A stretch of 51,003 nt of DNA from Gaiella sp. (GTDB taxonomy: Bacteria > Actinomycetota > Thermoleophilia > Gaiellales > Gaiellaceae), in assembly GCA_035698545.1 (NCBI GenBank), contig DASSBV010000036.1, positions 1 through 51,003 of the forward strand, written 5' to 3'. Below the pieces are notes generated by a model. The model had not been told where the DNA came from, did not search any database, and was given only the letters and a program-made list of their open reading frames with translations. The position numbers were made by a program, and so were the translations under genes. Of the stretch, positions 1 to 8,092 are shown piece by piece (position 1 is the first letter of the stretch; each line of letters begins with the position of its first letter).

Positions 1-128
1 GGCGCCCCCTCCCGCCGCCTTCCCGGCCTCGCGGCCAGTGGCGTCGGTGGCGGGAGAGCATCTCCCCTCACAGCGGCGGGACCGTCCCGGATTCGCACCG
101 GGTTCCCTCACCGCGCTCCTCTTGGTGC
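1..128 (-). ncRNA. Cobalamin (AdoCbl) riboswitch, 3' end cut off by the window edge
   Basis: The minus strand reads AGGGAAcccGGTGcgAATCCgggacgGTCCCGCCGCTGTga...GCCACTGgccgcgaggccGGGAAGGcg, the characteristic B12-element blocks. A TAGGCT -10 hexamer lies upstream (+ strand agccta, 133-138). Confidence 0.88.
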
Positions 129-148
129 GGCGAGCCTACCATTCGGCG

Positions 149-514
149 GTGTCGACTCAGGTCGCGACGCCGAGGCGCTCGGCGCTCTCCCTCTGGCTCC
201 CGGTCGTCATCTGGGCGGGCGTGATCTTCGCCTTCTCCGCGGTGCCCAGCCTCGGCACCGGGCTCGGCACCTGGGATCTCGTGCTGCGGAAGCTCGCGCA
301 CGTCTCCGAGTACGCCGTGCTCGGGCTCCTGCTCGCGCGGGCGACGCGCCGGCCGGCCGTCGCGGTCGCGCTCGCCGCCGGCTACGCGGTCACCGACGAG
401 ATCCACCAGACGTTCGTCTCGGGCCGACACGGCGCGTCGCTCGACGTCGCGATCGACACTGTAGGGGCGCTCGTCGGCGCCCTGGTATGGCTGCGCTGGA
501 GCCGGCGCACATGA
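149..514 (+). CDS. VanZ-like family membrane protein
   Basis: RKLAHVSEYAVLG and DEIHQTFVSGRHGASLDVAID are VanZ-family motifs. Start placed at GTG149, 6 nt after TACCAT; the ORF-track start at 38 overlaps the riboswitch. Confidence 0.82.
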   Translation: MSTQVATPRRSALSLWLPVVIWAGVIFAFSAVPSLGTGLGTWDLVLRKLAHVSEYAVLGLLLARATRRPAVAVALAAGYAVTDEIHQTFVSGRHGASLDVAIDTVGALVGALVWLRWSRRT

Positions 515-969
515 CCGCGCTGCTGCTCGACCTCGACGGCGTCCTCGGTGACACCCGGCCGTTGTGGCACGACTGGCTCGCCGACGCGAGCCGGGTGCTG
601 GGCGTCGAGCCCGGGTCGCTCCCGGAGGACCGCGGCGACGCTGCGGCCTCGCTCGACGACGGCGCCGGCAACTGGCGCACGCTCCTCGGCCGCTACGCGG
701 AGGACCGTGCCCCGGTGTACTTCCGGCCGGACAGCGCCGTCAGCGCCGCGCTGCGAGGGCTCGCCTCGGCGGGGGTTCGTCTCGGCGTCTGCACCGACGC
801 CCCGGCCGAGCTCGCGCAGGTCGCCGTCGCGCAGCTTGGCGCGGCGAGGCGAGTCGAGGCGGTGGAGTGCGGCGCCGGCTCCGTCGACCGGCTGCGGGCC
901 CTGCTCGGGGACGACGCCCAGCTGGTCACGACGCGGGCGCGACTGCTCGAGCGGGCCCGCGAAATCTAG
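511..969 (+). CDS. Short HAD-like hydrolase
   Basis: N-terminal LLDLDGVLGDT (HAD motif I) and LGVCTD (motif II). ATGA overlap with the upstream stop. Confidence 0.65.
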   Translation: MTALLLDLDGVLGDTRPLWHDWLADASRVLGVEPGSLPEDRGDAAASLDDGAGNWRTLLGRYAEDRAPVYFRPDSAVSAALRGLASAGVRLGVCTDAPAELAQVAVAQLGAARRVEAVECGAGSVDRLRALLGDDAQLVTTRARLLERAREI

Positions 970-979
970 AATCGGCCCC

Positions 980-1195
980 ATGGACGGCCGCGATGTCCCG
1001 GACCGGCAGCTCGACGCGCTCCTCGAGCGCCTCGATCGGATCGCCGAGCAGCTCGAGCGGATCGACGGCCGCCTCGAGGCGCAGGAGGGCTTGCTCCAGG
1101 TGACGCGAGAGCTCCGCGCGCTGACGGACTCGCTCAACGCGGTCGCGTACGCGGCGCTCGGCCAGTCCCCCAGAGTCCGCCGCCGCGCCGGTTAA
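980..1195 (+). CDS. Small hypothetical coiled-coil protein (71 aa)
   Basis: MDGRDVPDRQLDALLERLDRIAEQLERIDGRLE shows a heptad pattern. TAGAAT (967-972) lies 7 nt before the ATG. Confidence 0.6.
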   Translation: MDGRDVPDRQLDALLERLDRIAEQLERIDGRLEAQEGLLQVTRELRALTDSLNAVAYAALGQSPRVRRRAG

Positions 1196-2265
1196 CGCAC
1201 GAAGCGCGACACCGTGCCGCTCTGCGACACGACATAGAGTTGCGCACCGTTGAGGCTCTGGCCGAACGAGGTCAGCTGAGGCACCTTGACCGGCTCGACG
1301 CGGAGGGCTCCGCCGGTCGCGGCCATGCTCCAGATCGTCCCCGAGCAGTAGTCGCCGAACACGTAGCGGCCGCGAAGCCGCGGGACCGCGTTGCCGCGGT
1401 AGACGTACCCGCCGGTGACCGAGCAGCCCTGGGCGTGCGTGTACTGCGCGACGGGCTGGACGAGCCGGCCGGGGCCGAGCGACTTGTCCTCGTAGGAGCT
1501 TCGCCCCTCGTACACGTCCCAGCCGAAGTTGACGAGCCCTGTGGTCCCGCGCGGCAGGTGGTCGATCTCCTCGATCGAGCCCTGCCCGACGTCGCCGATC
1601 CAGAGATCCTTCGTCTTGCGGTCGAAGGTGAACCGCCACGGGTTCCGGAGGCCGATGGCGACGATCTCGGGCTTCGGATTCGTCTGCCGCACGTCGAGGC
1701 GGAGCAGCTTGCCGAGCAGGCTGTCCGGGTTCTGTGCGTGGTTCTCCGGATCGCCGCCCGCGCCGCCGTCGCCCATGCCGACCCAGAGCTTCCGATCGGG
1801 CCCGAAGACGACGTTGCCGCCGTTGTGGTTCGCGTACGGCTGGTCGACGCGCAGGATCTGCTGCGCGCTGCCGGGTAGCGCGCGCCCGTTCCGAGCCCGG
1901 TAGCGGACCACCTTCGTCGCCCCGTCCGGGCGCGCCGTGTAGTTCACGTAGAAGGTGCGATCGCGTGCGTAGGAGGGCGAGAACGCGAGCCCGAGCAGGC
2001 CCTGCTCGCCGCCGTACGCGACGAGCGAGCGAATGTCGAGGAACGGACGCGCCCGCACCTTGCCACGCTCGACGACCCGGATCCGTCCGGGCTGCTCGAC
2101 GACGTAGACACGGCTCGGCTCACCGGGCGCCTGGATCGCGAGCACGGGGCTCTCCAGGCCACGGGCGATCGGGACCAGGCGAGGCGATGCCGACGGCGCG
2201 GCGGACGAGGCGCCGACCGCGATCGCGCCGCAGGCGACCGCGAGGACAAGCGCGGCGCGCGTCAC
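1192..2265 (-). CDS. Secreted PQQ-dependent sugar (glucose/sorbosone) dehydrogenase family protein
   Basis: Signal peptide plus the GSDH-family motifs GEQGLLGLAF, NHNGG, MGDGG, GLRNPWRF, GDVGQ and SVTGGYVY. GTG start 7 nt after TATCCT. Confidence 0.85.
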   Translation of the reverse strand: MTRAALVLAVACGAIAVGASSAAPSASPRLVPIARGLESPVLAIQAPGEPSRVYVVEQPGRIRVVERGKVRARPFLDIRSLVAYGGEQGLLGLAFSPSYARDRTFYVNYTARPDGATKVVRYRARNGRALPGSAQQILRVDQPYANHNGGNVVFGPDRKLWVGMGDGGAGGDPENHAQNPDSLLGKLLRLDVRQTNPKPEIVAIGLRNPWRFTFDRKTKDLWIGDVGQGSIEEIDHLPRGTTGLVNFGWDVYEGRSSYEDKSLGPGRLVQPVAQYTHAQGCSVTGGYVYRGNAVPRLRGRYVFGDYCSGTIWSMAATGGALRVEPVKVPQLTSFGQSLNGAQLYVVSQSGTVSRFVR

Positions 2266-2325
2266 GCTCCCGAGGATAGCCGCCGGCCTTCGCCGTCCGT
2301 CCTGCGGCGCTAGGCTCGCCCCCGC

Positions 2326-3651
2326 ATGAGGATCGTGATCGTCGGAGCTGGCCAGGTTGGCTCGACCATCGTCGAGGCGCTCCAGGCGGAGCACGACCTC
2401 AGCGTCATCGACGTCACGCGGGAACGCCTGGAGGCGTTGGCCTACCGCTACGACGTGCGCACGATCGAGGCGAACGGCGCGAGCCGCATGGCGCTCCAGG
2501 ACGCCGGGGTCGAGAAGGCCGACCTCTTCATCGCCTGCACCTCACGCGACGAGGTGAATCTCGTGGCCTGCTCGTTCGCCCGCATCGAGGCGCCGAAGGC
2601 GACGACGGTGATCCGCACGTCCAACATCGAGTACATCCAGCTCTGGCGCGCAGGCCGGCTCGACGTCGACTTCGCGGTCTCGTCCGAGCTCGAGACCGCG
2701 CACGCCGTCTCGGGCTCGATCGGGATGCCGGCGGCGCGGCAGACCGACGTCTTCGCGCGGGGTCAGGTGCAGATCGTCGAGTTCGACGTCCCCGAGGGCG
2801 CCGACAGGACACTTGTCGGCCCGCCGCTCCGGCAGGCCAAGATCCCTGAGGACTCGCGCCTCCTCTCGATCATCCGGGAGGACTCGATGACGCTCCCTGG
2901 TGGCGAGGACGCGATCCAGGTCGGCGACCGGATCATCGTGATCGGCTCGCCCGTCGCTGCCCGAGCCTGGGCCGCGCTCCTCGCGCCGGGTGAGCGGCCC
3001 GTGGAGGACGTCGTCGTCTACGGCGGCGGCCAGGTCGGAACCGCGATCGCGCGCATGCTGAGCCAGCAGGACATCGGGGTGCGACTGATCGAGCCGGACC
3101 TCGACCGAGCACGAGAGGTGGCGGAGCAGCTACCTCGCTGTCGCGTGTTCAACGCGACGGGTGTCGACCCGGACTTCCTCGAGCGGGAACGCATCGGCCG
3201 CGCGCAGGCTGCGGTCTTCGCGATCAAGGACGATGCGAAGAACCACTACGCAGCGACGCTCGCGCGCGTACACGGGGTCGGCTTCACGATCGCGATCGTG
3301 CACGACCCGGTCTCGACGAAGGTCTACGAGCAGTCCGGTGTCGACGTGACGATCAACCCGCGGGGCGTGACCGCGGAGGAGATCGTCCGATTCGCACATG
3401 ATCCGCGGACGCAGCAGGTGGCGATGCTCGACGGCGACCGGTACGAGGTGCTCGACATCACGACGCAGCCCACGAGCGAGTACGTCGGCCTGCGCTTCCG
3501 CGACATGCCGATCCGCGGCGCGTTGATCGGGGCGATCGTCCGCGACGGCAAGGCCGTGTTCCCGAGGAGCGACGAGATCCTGCACGCCGGCGACCGCGTG
3601 ATCGTCTTCACCGAGACGTCGCGCGTCCCCGACGTCGAGCGGGTGTTGTGA
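2326..3651 (+). CDS. trkA: Trk system potassium uptake regulatory protein TrkA (double RCK)
   Basis: 441 aa with two Rossmann motifs (IVGAGQVG; YGGGQVG), each followed by an RCK_C domain. Adjacent to trkH. Confidence 0.9.
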   Translation: MRIVIVGAGQVGSTIVEALQAEHDLSVIDVTRERLEALAYRYDVRTIEANGASRMALQDAGVEKADLFIACTSRDEVNLVACSFARIEAPKATTVIRTSNIEYIQLWRAGRLDVDFAVSSELETAHAVSGSIGMPAARQTDVFARGQVQIVEFDVPEGADRTLVGPPLRQAKIPEDSRLLSIIREDSMTLPGGEDAIQVGDRIIVIGSPVAARAWAALLAPGERPVEDVVVYGGGQVGTAIARMLSQQDIGVRLIEPDLDRAREVAEQLPRCRVFNATGVDPDFLERERIGRAQAAVFAIKDDAKNHYAATLARVHGVGFTIAIVHDPVSTKVYEQSGVDVTINPRGVTAEEIVRFAHDPRTQQVAMLDGDRYEVLDITTQPTSEYVGLRFRDMPIRGALIGAIVRDGKAVFPRSDEILHAGDRVIVFTETSRVPDVERVL

Positions 3652-5183
3652 GGCACGACGCGGCGGGCCGCGTCGCCGGCCGGACCTGGCTCGCGATCGA
3701 CCTTCCCGGTGCCCTCGGGCTGACCGGGACGATGCTCGCATACCTGAGCCTCTCGTCGCTCGTCCCCACGGCTGTTGCAGTCGGCTACCGCGAGCCGGTC
3801 TGGCCGTTTCTCGCCGCAGGCGTGATCACGGGTGCTGTGGGGCTGGGCCTGCACTTCCTCGGCAGGCGCTCCCCCGGCCCGATCGGGTTCCGCGAGGGCT
3901 ATCTCGTCGTGTCGCTGACGTGGCTCCTGGCCGCGATGTATGCCGCGCTTCCCTACCTCTTCTCCGACGACCCGCAGCTGTCGCGTCCCGTCGACGCGTT
4001 CTTCGAGGGCATGTCGGGCTTCTCGACGACCGGAGCGAGCGTCGTCGTGAGCCCGGAGAGCATGGACCGCTCGCTGCTCCTCTGGCGGCAGCTCAGCCAG
4101 TGGCTCGGCGGCATGGGGATCATCGTCCTCGCGCTCGCCGTCCTCCCGAGGCTGCGGATCGGCGGCCGGCAGATCTTCGAGTCCGAGCTGCCGGGGCCGG
4201 AGGTGAACCAGCTCGCCGAGCGGATCCGCGACACGGCACGACGCCTCTGGCTGCTCTACATCGGGCTGACGCTCGTCCTGATCGGCCTCCTGCTCGTGAT
4301 CTGGCTGACGGGCCTCGACGACGCCATGGGCCCGTTCGACGCCGTCTCGTATGCACTGAGCACGATGCCGCTCGGCGGATTCGCGCCCGATGCGAGCTCG
4401 CTGGAGCTCTTCGCGCCGATCACGCAATGGGTGATCGCGGCGTTCATGGTGCTCGCGGGGCTCAACTTCGGCCTGCTCTACCGCGCCATCGTCCGCCGCC
4501 GACCCCGCGTGCTCGGCCGCGACGAGGAGGCTCGCCTCTACATCGTGCTCCTCGTCCTGGGGACACTCGTCGTGCTCGCGGAGCTGCTGCGCGCCGATCT
4601 CGCGACCGGCGAGACCGCCGTCCGGCAGGCGTTCTTCCAGACGACGTCGCTGATGACCGGGACCGGGTTCGCGATCACGAACTACGTCTCCTGGCCGACG
4701 CTCAGCATCATGGCGATGATCGGCCTGATGTTCGTGGGCGCCTCCGCGGGCTCGCCCACGGGCTCGGTCAAGATCGTGCGGCACCTGCTGGTCGGCCGGA
4801 TCCTGCGTCGAGAGCTCCGCCAGACGATCCATCCCGAGCTCGTGATGCCGATCAGGCTGAACGGGCAGGTGGTCGACGAGCGGACCCTCCGTGCCGTTCT
4901 CGCCTTCGTGCTGCTCTACGTCGGCACGTTCGTCGTCGGCGCGGCCGTCCTCGCGATCGACGCGCGCTTCTCGAACGTGGAGCTCGGCGTCACAGAGACG
5001 ATCGCCGCCTCGGCCGGCACCCTCGGCAATGTCGGTCCCGGCCTCGGCTTCGCCGGCCCGATGGGAAGCTATGCGCCGTTCAGCGACGTGTCGAAGCTCA
5101 CGATGGCGGGGCTCATGTGGATCGGCCGGCTCGAGGTGCTCCCCGTCCTCGTACTGCTCACGCGGGGGTACTGGCGGGTCTGA
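3648..5183 (+). CDS. trkH: Trk system potassium uptake membrane protein TrkH
   Basis: FFEGMSGFSTTGAS, QWLGGMGIIVL, LGNVGPG and MWIGRLE motifs. GTGA overlap with trkA. Confidence 0.9.
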   Translation: MRHDAAGRVAGRTWLAIDLPGALGLTGTMLAYLSLSSLVPTAVAVGYREPVWPFLAAGVITGAVGLGLHFLGRRSPGPIGFREGYLVVSLTWLLAAMYAALPYLFSDDPQLSRPVDAFFEGMSGFSTTGASVVVSPESMDRSLLLWRQLSQWLGGMGIIVLALAVLPRLRIGGRQIFESELPGPEVNQLAERIRDTARRLWLLYIGLTLVLIGLLLVIWLTGLDDAMGPFDAVSYALSTMPLGGFAPDASSLELFAPITQWVIAAFMVLAGLNFGLLYRAIVRRRPRVLGRDEEARLYIVLLVLGTLVVLAELLRADLATGETAVRQAFFQTTSLMTGTGFAITNYVSWPTLSIMAMIGLMFVGASAGSPTGSVKIVRHLLVGRILRRELRQTIHPELVMPIRLNGQVVDERTLRAVLAFVLLYVGTFVVGAAVLAIDARFSNVELGVTETIAASAGTLGNVGPGLGFAGPMGSYAPFSDVSKLTMAGLMWIGRLEVLPVLVLLTRGYWRV

Positions 5184-5687
5184 TCAGCCTGCCTGGGGCT
5201 CGTTCGCGAGGAGCTTGCGCACCGCGCCGAACTGGCCGGCCTGGCCCACGAGCACGAGCGTGTCACCCTCCCGCACGATGTCATCGGGCTGCGCGCCCGC
5301 GATCGACTCCGACTCGCGCAGGATCGCGATCACGGTGGCCCCCGTCAGCCTGCGAATCCCGCAGTCGGCCAGCGTGCGCCCGTCCACCCAGCTGCCGGTG
5401 GGCACCCGGATCCATTCGATCTGGAACTCTCCGAGCGCCATCTCGAGGTCCTCGACGATCTTGGGCCGCTCGTACGCGCCGCTCAGCAGCGCGCCGAGCT
5501 GCCGCGCCTCGTCGTCGTGCAGCTCGAGGACGACGGACGGATCCTCGTCGCCTGCACGGCGGTGCACGTAGATCTCGCGCTCGCCGTCGTTGTGCTGGAT
5601 CACGGTCACGCGGCTGCCGCTGGCAGGGTGCAAGGTCCACTTCACCCCCACGCCCGGCAGGCGCGTCTCTTTCAGCTCGAGGGGCAT
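5184..5687 (-). CDS. khtT: K+/H+ antiporter regulatory subunit, KhtT-like (RCK_C)
   Basis: ETRLPGVGVK N-terminus, EARQLGALL, and a C-terminal TrkA-C domain (TGATVIAILR...GDTLVLVG). GAAGGAGG SD upstream. Confidence 0.8.
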   Translation of the reverse strand: MPLELKETRLPGVGVKWTLHPASGSRVTVIQHNDGEREIYVHRRAGDEDPSVVLELHDDEARQLGALLSGAYERPKIVEDLEMALGEFQIEWIRVPTGSWVDGRTLADCGIRRLTGATVIAILRESESIAGAQPDDIVREGDTLVLVGQAGQFGAVRKLLANEPQAG

Positions 5688-5730
5688 CGATCCTCCTTCG
5701 ACGTGGTCACAGTGAAGCAGCAGGCGCGAC

Positions 5731-6903
5731 TCATTCGAGCGCGGGCCGCGACGGGATGAGGTGCCCGAGCACCTTCGACTCCTTCATCAGCACGACTCCG
5801 ACCGTCGCCGACGCGAGCACGTAGAGACCGGCGAACGCGACGATCTGGTCGCGGTCGGCGACGCTCAGGACGACGTTCCCGGCGGCGAGCTGGGCCAGGA
5901 TGATCGTGAACTCGCCGTGCGCGACGAGCGCGGCCCCCGCGTTGATCCCCTGGCGAGCGGTGAAGCCGCCGAGCCGCCCGGCGACGACGCCGACGCCGAC
6001 CTTGCCGACGAGCGTCACCACGAGCGCTGCGAGCACGATCCACCCGACGTCGCCGATCCGCCCGAGGTCGATGGTCAGGGCGAAGACGAAGAAGAAGAGC
6101 GCAGCGAACACGTCGCGCAGGGCGAAGAACCGCTGCTCGATCTCCTCCCGCACCCCGCTGTCGGACAGGATCACACCCGCCATCAGCGCTCCGATCGCCT
6201 CGGACATCTCCAGCCACCTCGCGATCGCGCTCATCCCGATCACGAACCCGAAGATCGCGAGCACGAAGAACTCGAGCTCGAGGCGCTCGAGCAGCCGTCC
6301 GATCGCCGCTCCGAGCCACCGCGACGCGACGAGCGACAGGCCCACGAACGCAAGCGCCTTGGCGGTGACCCCGAGGGTCGTCCCGACGTTGCCGCCACCC
6401 GTCGCGACGAACCCGAGCATCGCCGCGATCGCGATGTCCTCGAACAGGAGGATCGCGAGCACGAGATCGGTCTCGTCGTCGGCGAGCCGCCGGAAGTCGA
6501 TCAGCGCCTTGACCGCGATCGCGCTCGACGAGACGTAGATGCACGCGGCGAGGACGAGCGCGGCGAAGGTGGGGCCGAATGCGGCCAGGCCGACGACGAG
6601 GCCGAGGCCGAGGTTGACGACCAGGTCGATCGCGCCGCCGAGCCCGACGTGGCGGCCGCTGCGGACGAGCCGGTCGACGCTGAACTCGAGGCCGAGGAAG
6701 AAGAGGAGGAAGATGAGCCCGATCTCGGAGACGAAATGCGTCACCTCCGAGGGCTGCACGAGGTTGACGAACGTCGGCGTGTTCGGCCCGAGGATGATCC
6801 CCGCGAACAGGTACGCCGGGATCGCCGAGAGCCCGAACCGGCTCGCCGCGAGCCCCAGGATGCCGAGCAGCGCAACCGTGAGGGCGAGCTCGGCGAGCGT
6901 CAT
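5731..6903 (-). CDS. khtU: Cation:proton antiporter, CPA2 family (KhtU-like)
   Basis: Multi-TM protein with LLFFLGLEFS, SSSAIAVK, LLFEDIA, LRDVFAALFF and HGEFTII motifs. Directly upstream of the khtT-like gene. Confidence 0.82.
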   Translation of the reverse strand: MTLAELALTVALLGILGLAASRFGLSAIPAYLFAGIILGPNTPTFVNLVQPSEVTHFVSEIGLIFLLFFLGLEFSVDRLVRSGRHVGLGGAIDLVVNLGLGLVVGLAAFGPTFAALVLAACIYVSSSAIAVKALIDFRRLADDETDLVLAILLFEDIAIAAMLGFVATGGGNVGTTLGVTAKALAFVGLSLVASRWLGAAIGRLLERLELEFFVLAIFGFVIGMSAIARWLEMSEAIGALMAGVILSDSGVREEIEQRFFALRDVFAALFFFVFALTIDLGRIGDVGWIVLAALVVTLVGKVGVGVVAGRLGGFTARQGINAGAALVAHGEFTIILAQLAAGNVVLSVADRDQIVAFAGLYVLASATVGVVLMKESKVLGHLIPSRPALE

Positions 6904-6974
6904 CAGGGGCCATTCTTTACGAGGGACGGGTACTTCGCCTGCGGCGAAGTGCCGGAGAAGACGTGGTTCTTCTG

Positions 6975-7004
6975 GGCTCTCGTCGGCGTCAGCCGACGAG
7001 AGCC
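6975..7004. terminator. Perfect 13-bp stem hairpin spanning the trkA-like stop codon
   Basis: GGCTCTCGTCGGC-gtca-GCCGACGAGAGCC. There is no U-tract, so the terminator role is tentative. Confidence 0.45.
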
Positions 7005-7648
7005 TTGCGCAGCCGGTCCTCGAGCCCCGGCTTCAAGATCGCGATCACCTGGTCGCCCGGCCGGATCACGGTCTCGAGGCCGGCCACCTCGGCGACGCCG
7101 TTCCGAGTGATCGAGACGAGGCGGACCTCGTCGGGCAGCGAGAGCCCTGCGACGCGCTTGCCCGCGGCGGGCGCCTCGGGCGAGACCGACAGCTCGACGA
7201 CCTCGAGGCCTTCGCGACGGAGCTCGAGGAGCTTGACGAGCCCGTGCTCGGGCACCTCGTGCTCGACGAGGCCGAGCAGGCCGGACGTCGCACAGAGCGT
7301 GCGCGTCACGCCGAGGAGGTCGAAGTGCGCCTGGTTGCGCGGGTCGTTGACGCGCGCGACGACCTTCGGCACCTGGTAGCCGTCCTGCGCGATCTGCGCG
7401 ATCACGATGTTGTCCTCGTCGTCCCCGGTCACCGCTAGCACGAGGTCGGGCGGGCGGGCGATCCCCGCGCGCTCGAGCACGAAGAGCTCGGTCGCGTCGC
7501 CGGCGAGCACCACCGGGCCGAGCTCGGCCTCGAGCTGCTCGAAGCGATCTCGCCGTTGCTCGACGAGAGTCACCTCCTTGCCCATCGCGAGGAGCGAGCG
7601 CGTGATGTTCGCGCCGACCTTTCCTCCGCCTGCGACGATCGCGTACAT
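6989..7648 (-). CDS. TrkA/KtrA family RCK protein (RCK_N + RCK_C, 219 aa)
   Basis: MYAIVAGGGKVG, AVTGDDEDN, VVARVNDPRN and a C-terminal GDQVIA. TGATG coupling to the upstream gene. Confidence 0.88.
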   Translation of the reverse strand: MYAIVAGGGKVGANITRSLLAMGKEVTLVEQRRDRFEQLEAELGPVVLAGDATELFVLERAGIARPPDLVLAVTGDDEDNIVIAQIAQDGYQVPKVVARVNDPRNQAHFDLLGVTRTLCATSGLLGLVEHEVPEHGLVKLLELRREGLEVVELSVSPEAPAAGKRVAGLSLPDEVRLVSITRNGVAEVAGLETVIRPGDQVIAILKPGLEDRLRKALVG

Positions 7649-8070
7649 CAGCTCGTCCCCACCGGGCTCGCCTCGCACGAGCGAACGACGTCGATCAGCG
7701 TCGCGATCGCCGTCTGCGTCGGGCAGACGGTCCGCAGGCCCCGCTCGGCGTAGAACGCGGCGCGCGCCGGGTCGAGGACGCGCACCACGACGCAACTCGT
7801 GTTGTAGCGTCGCTGGACGACCTGGCCCACGACGACGTTCGTGTTGTCGCCGTTCGTCGCAACGACGGCCGCGTCCGCCTCGGCGATGCCCGCGCGCTCG
7901 AGGACGTCGACGTCCATGCCGTGCCCCACCACGAAGCCGCCGCGCCACTCGCCGAGTCGCGCGAGAGCGCCCTCGTCCTCGTCGATGCACGTCACGTCCC
8001 AGCCCTGTGCTGCGAGCTGCTTCGCGACCCCGGATCCCACGCGGCCGCACCCAACGATCACGACCTTCAT
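7648..8070 (-). CDS. TrkA family protein, RCK_N (NAD-binding) domain only (140 aa)
   Basis: MKVVIVGCGRVG, ATNGDNTN, VVRVLDP and TVCPT, with no RCK_C. ATG 7 nt after TACCCT. Confidence 0.85.
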   Translation of the reverse strand: MKVVIVGCGRVGSGVAKQLAAQGWDVTCIDEDEGALARLGEWRGGFVVGHGMDVDVLERAGIAEADAAVVATNGDNTNVVVGQVVQRRYNTSCVVVRVLDPARAAFYAERGLRTVCPTQTAIATLIDVVRSCEASPVGTS

Positions 8071-8092
8071 ACCGGTGAGGGTACTCGACACG

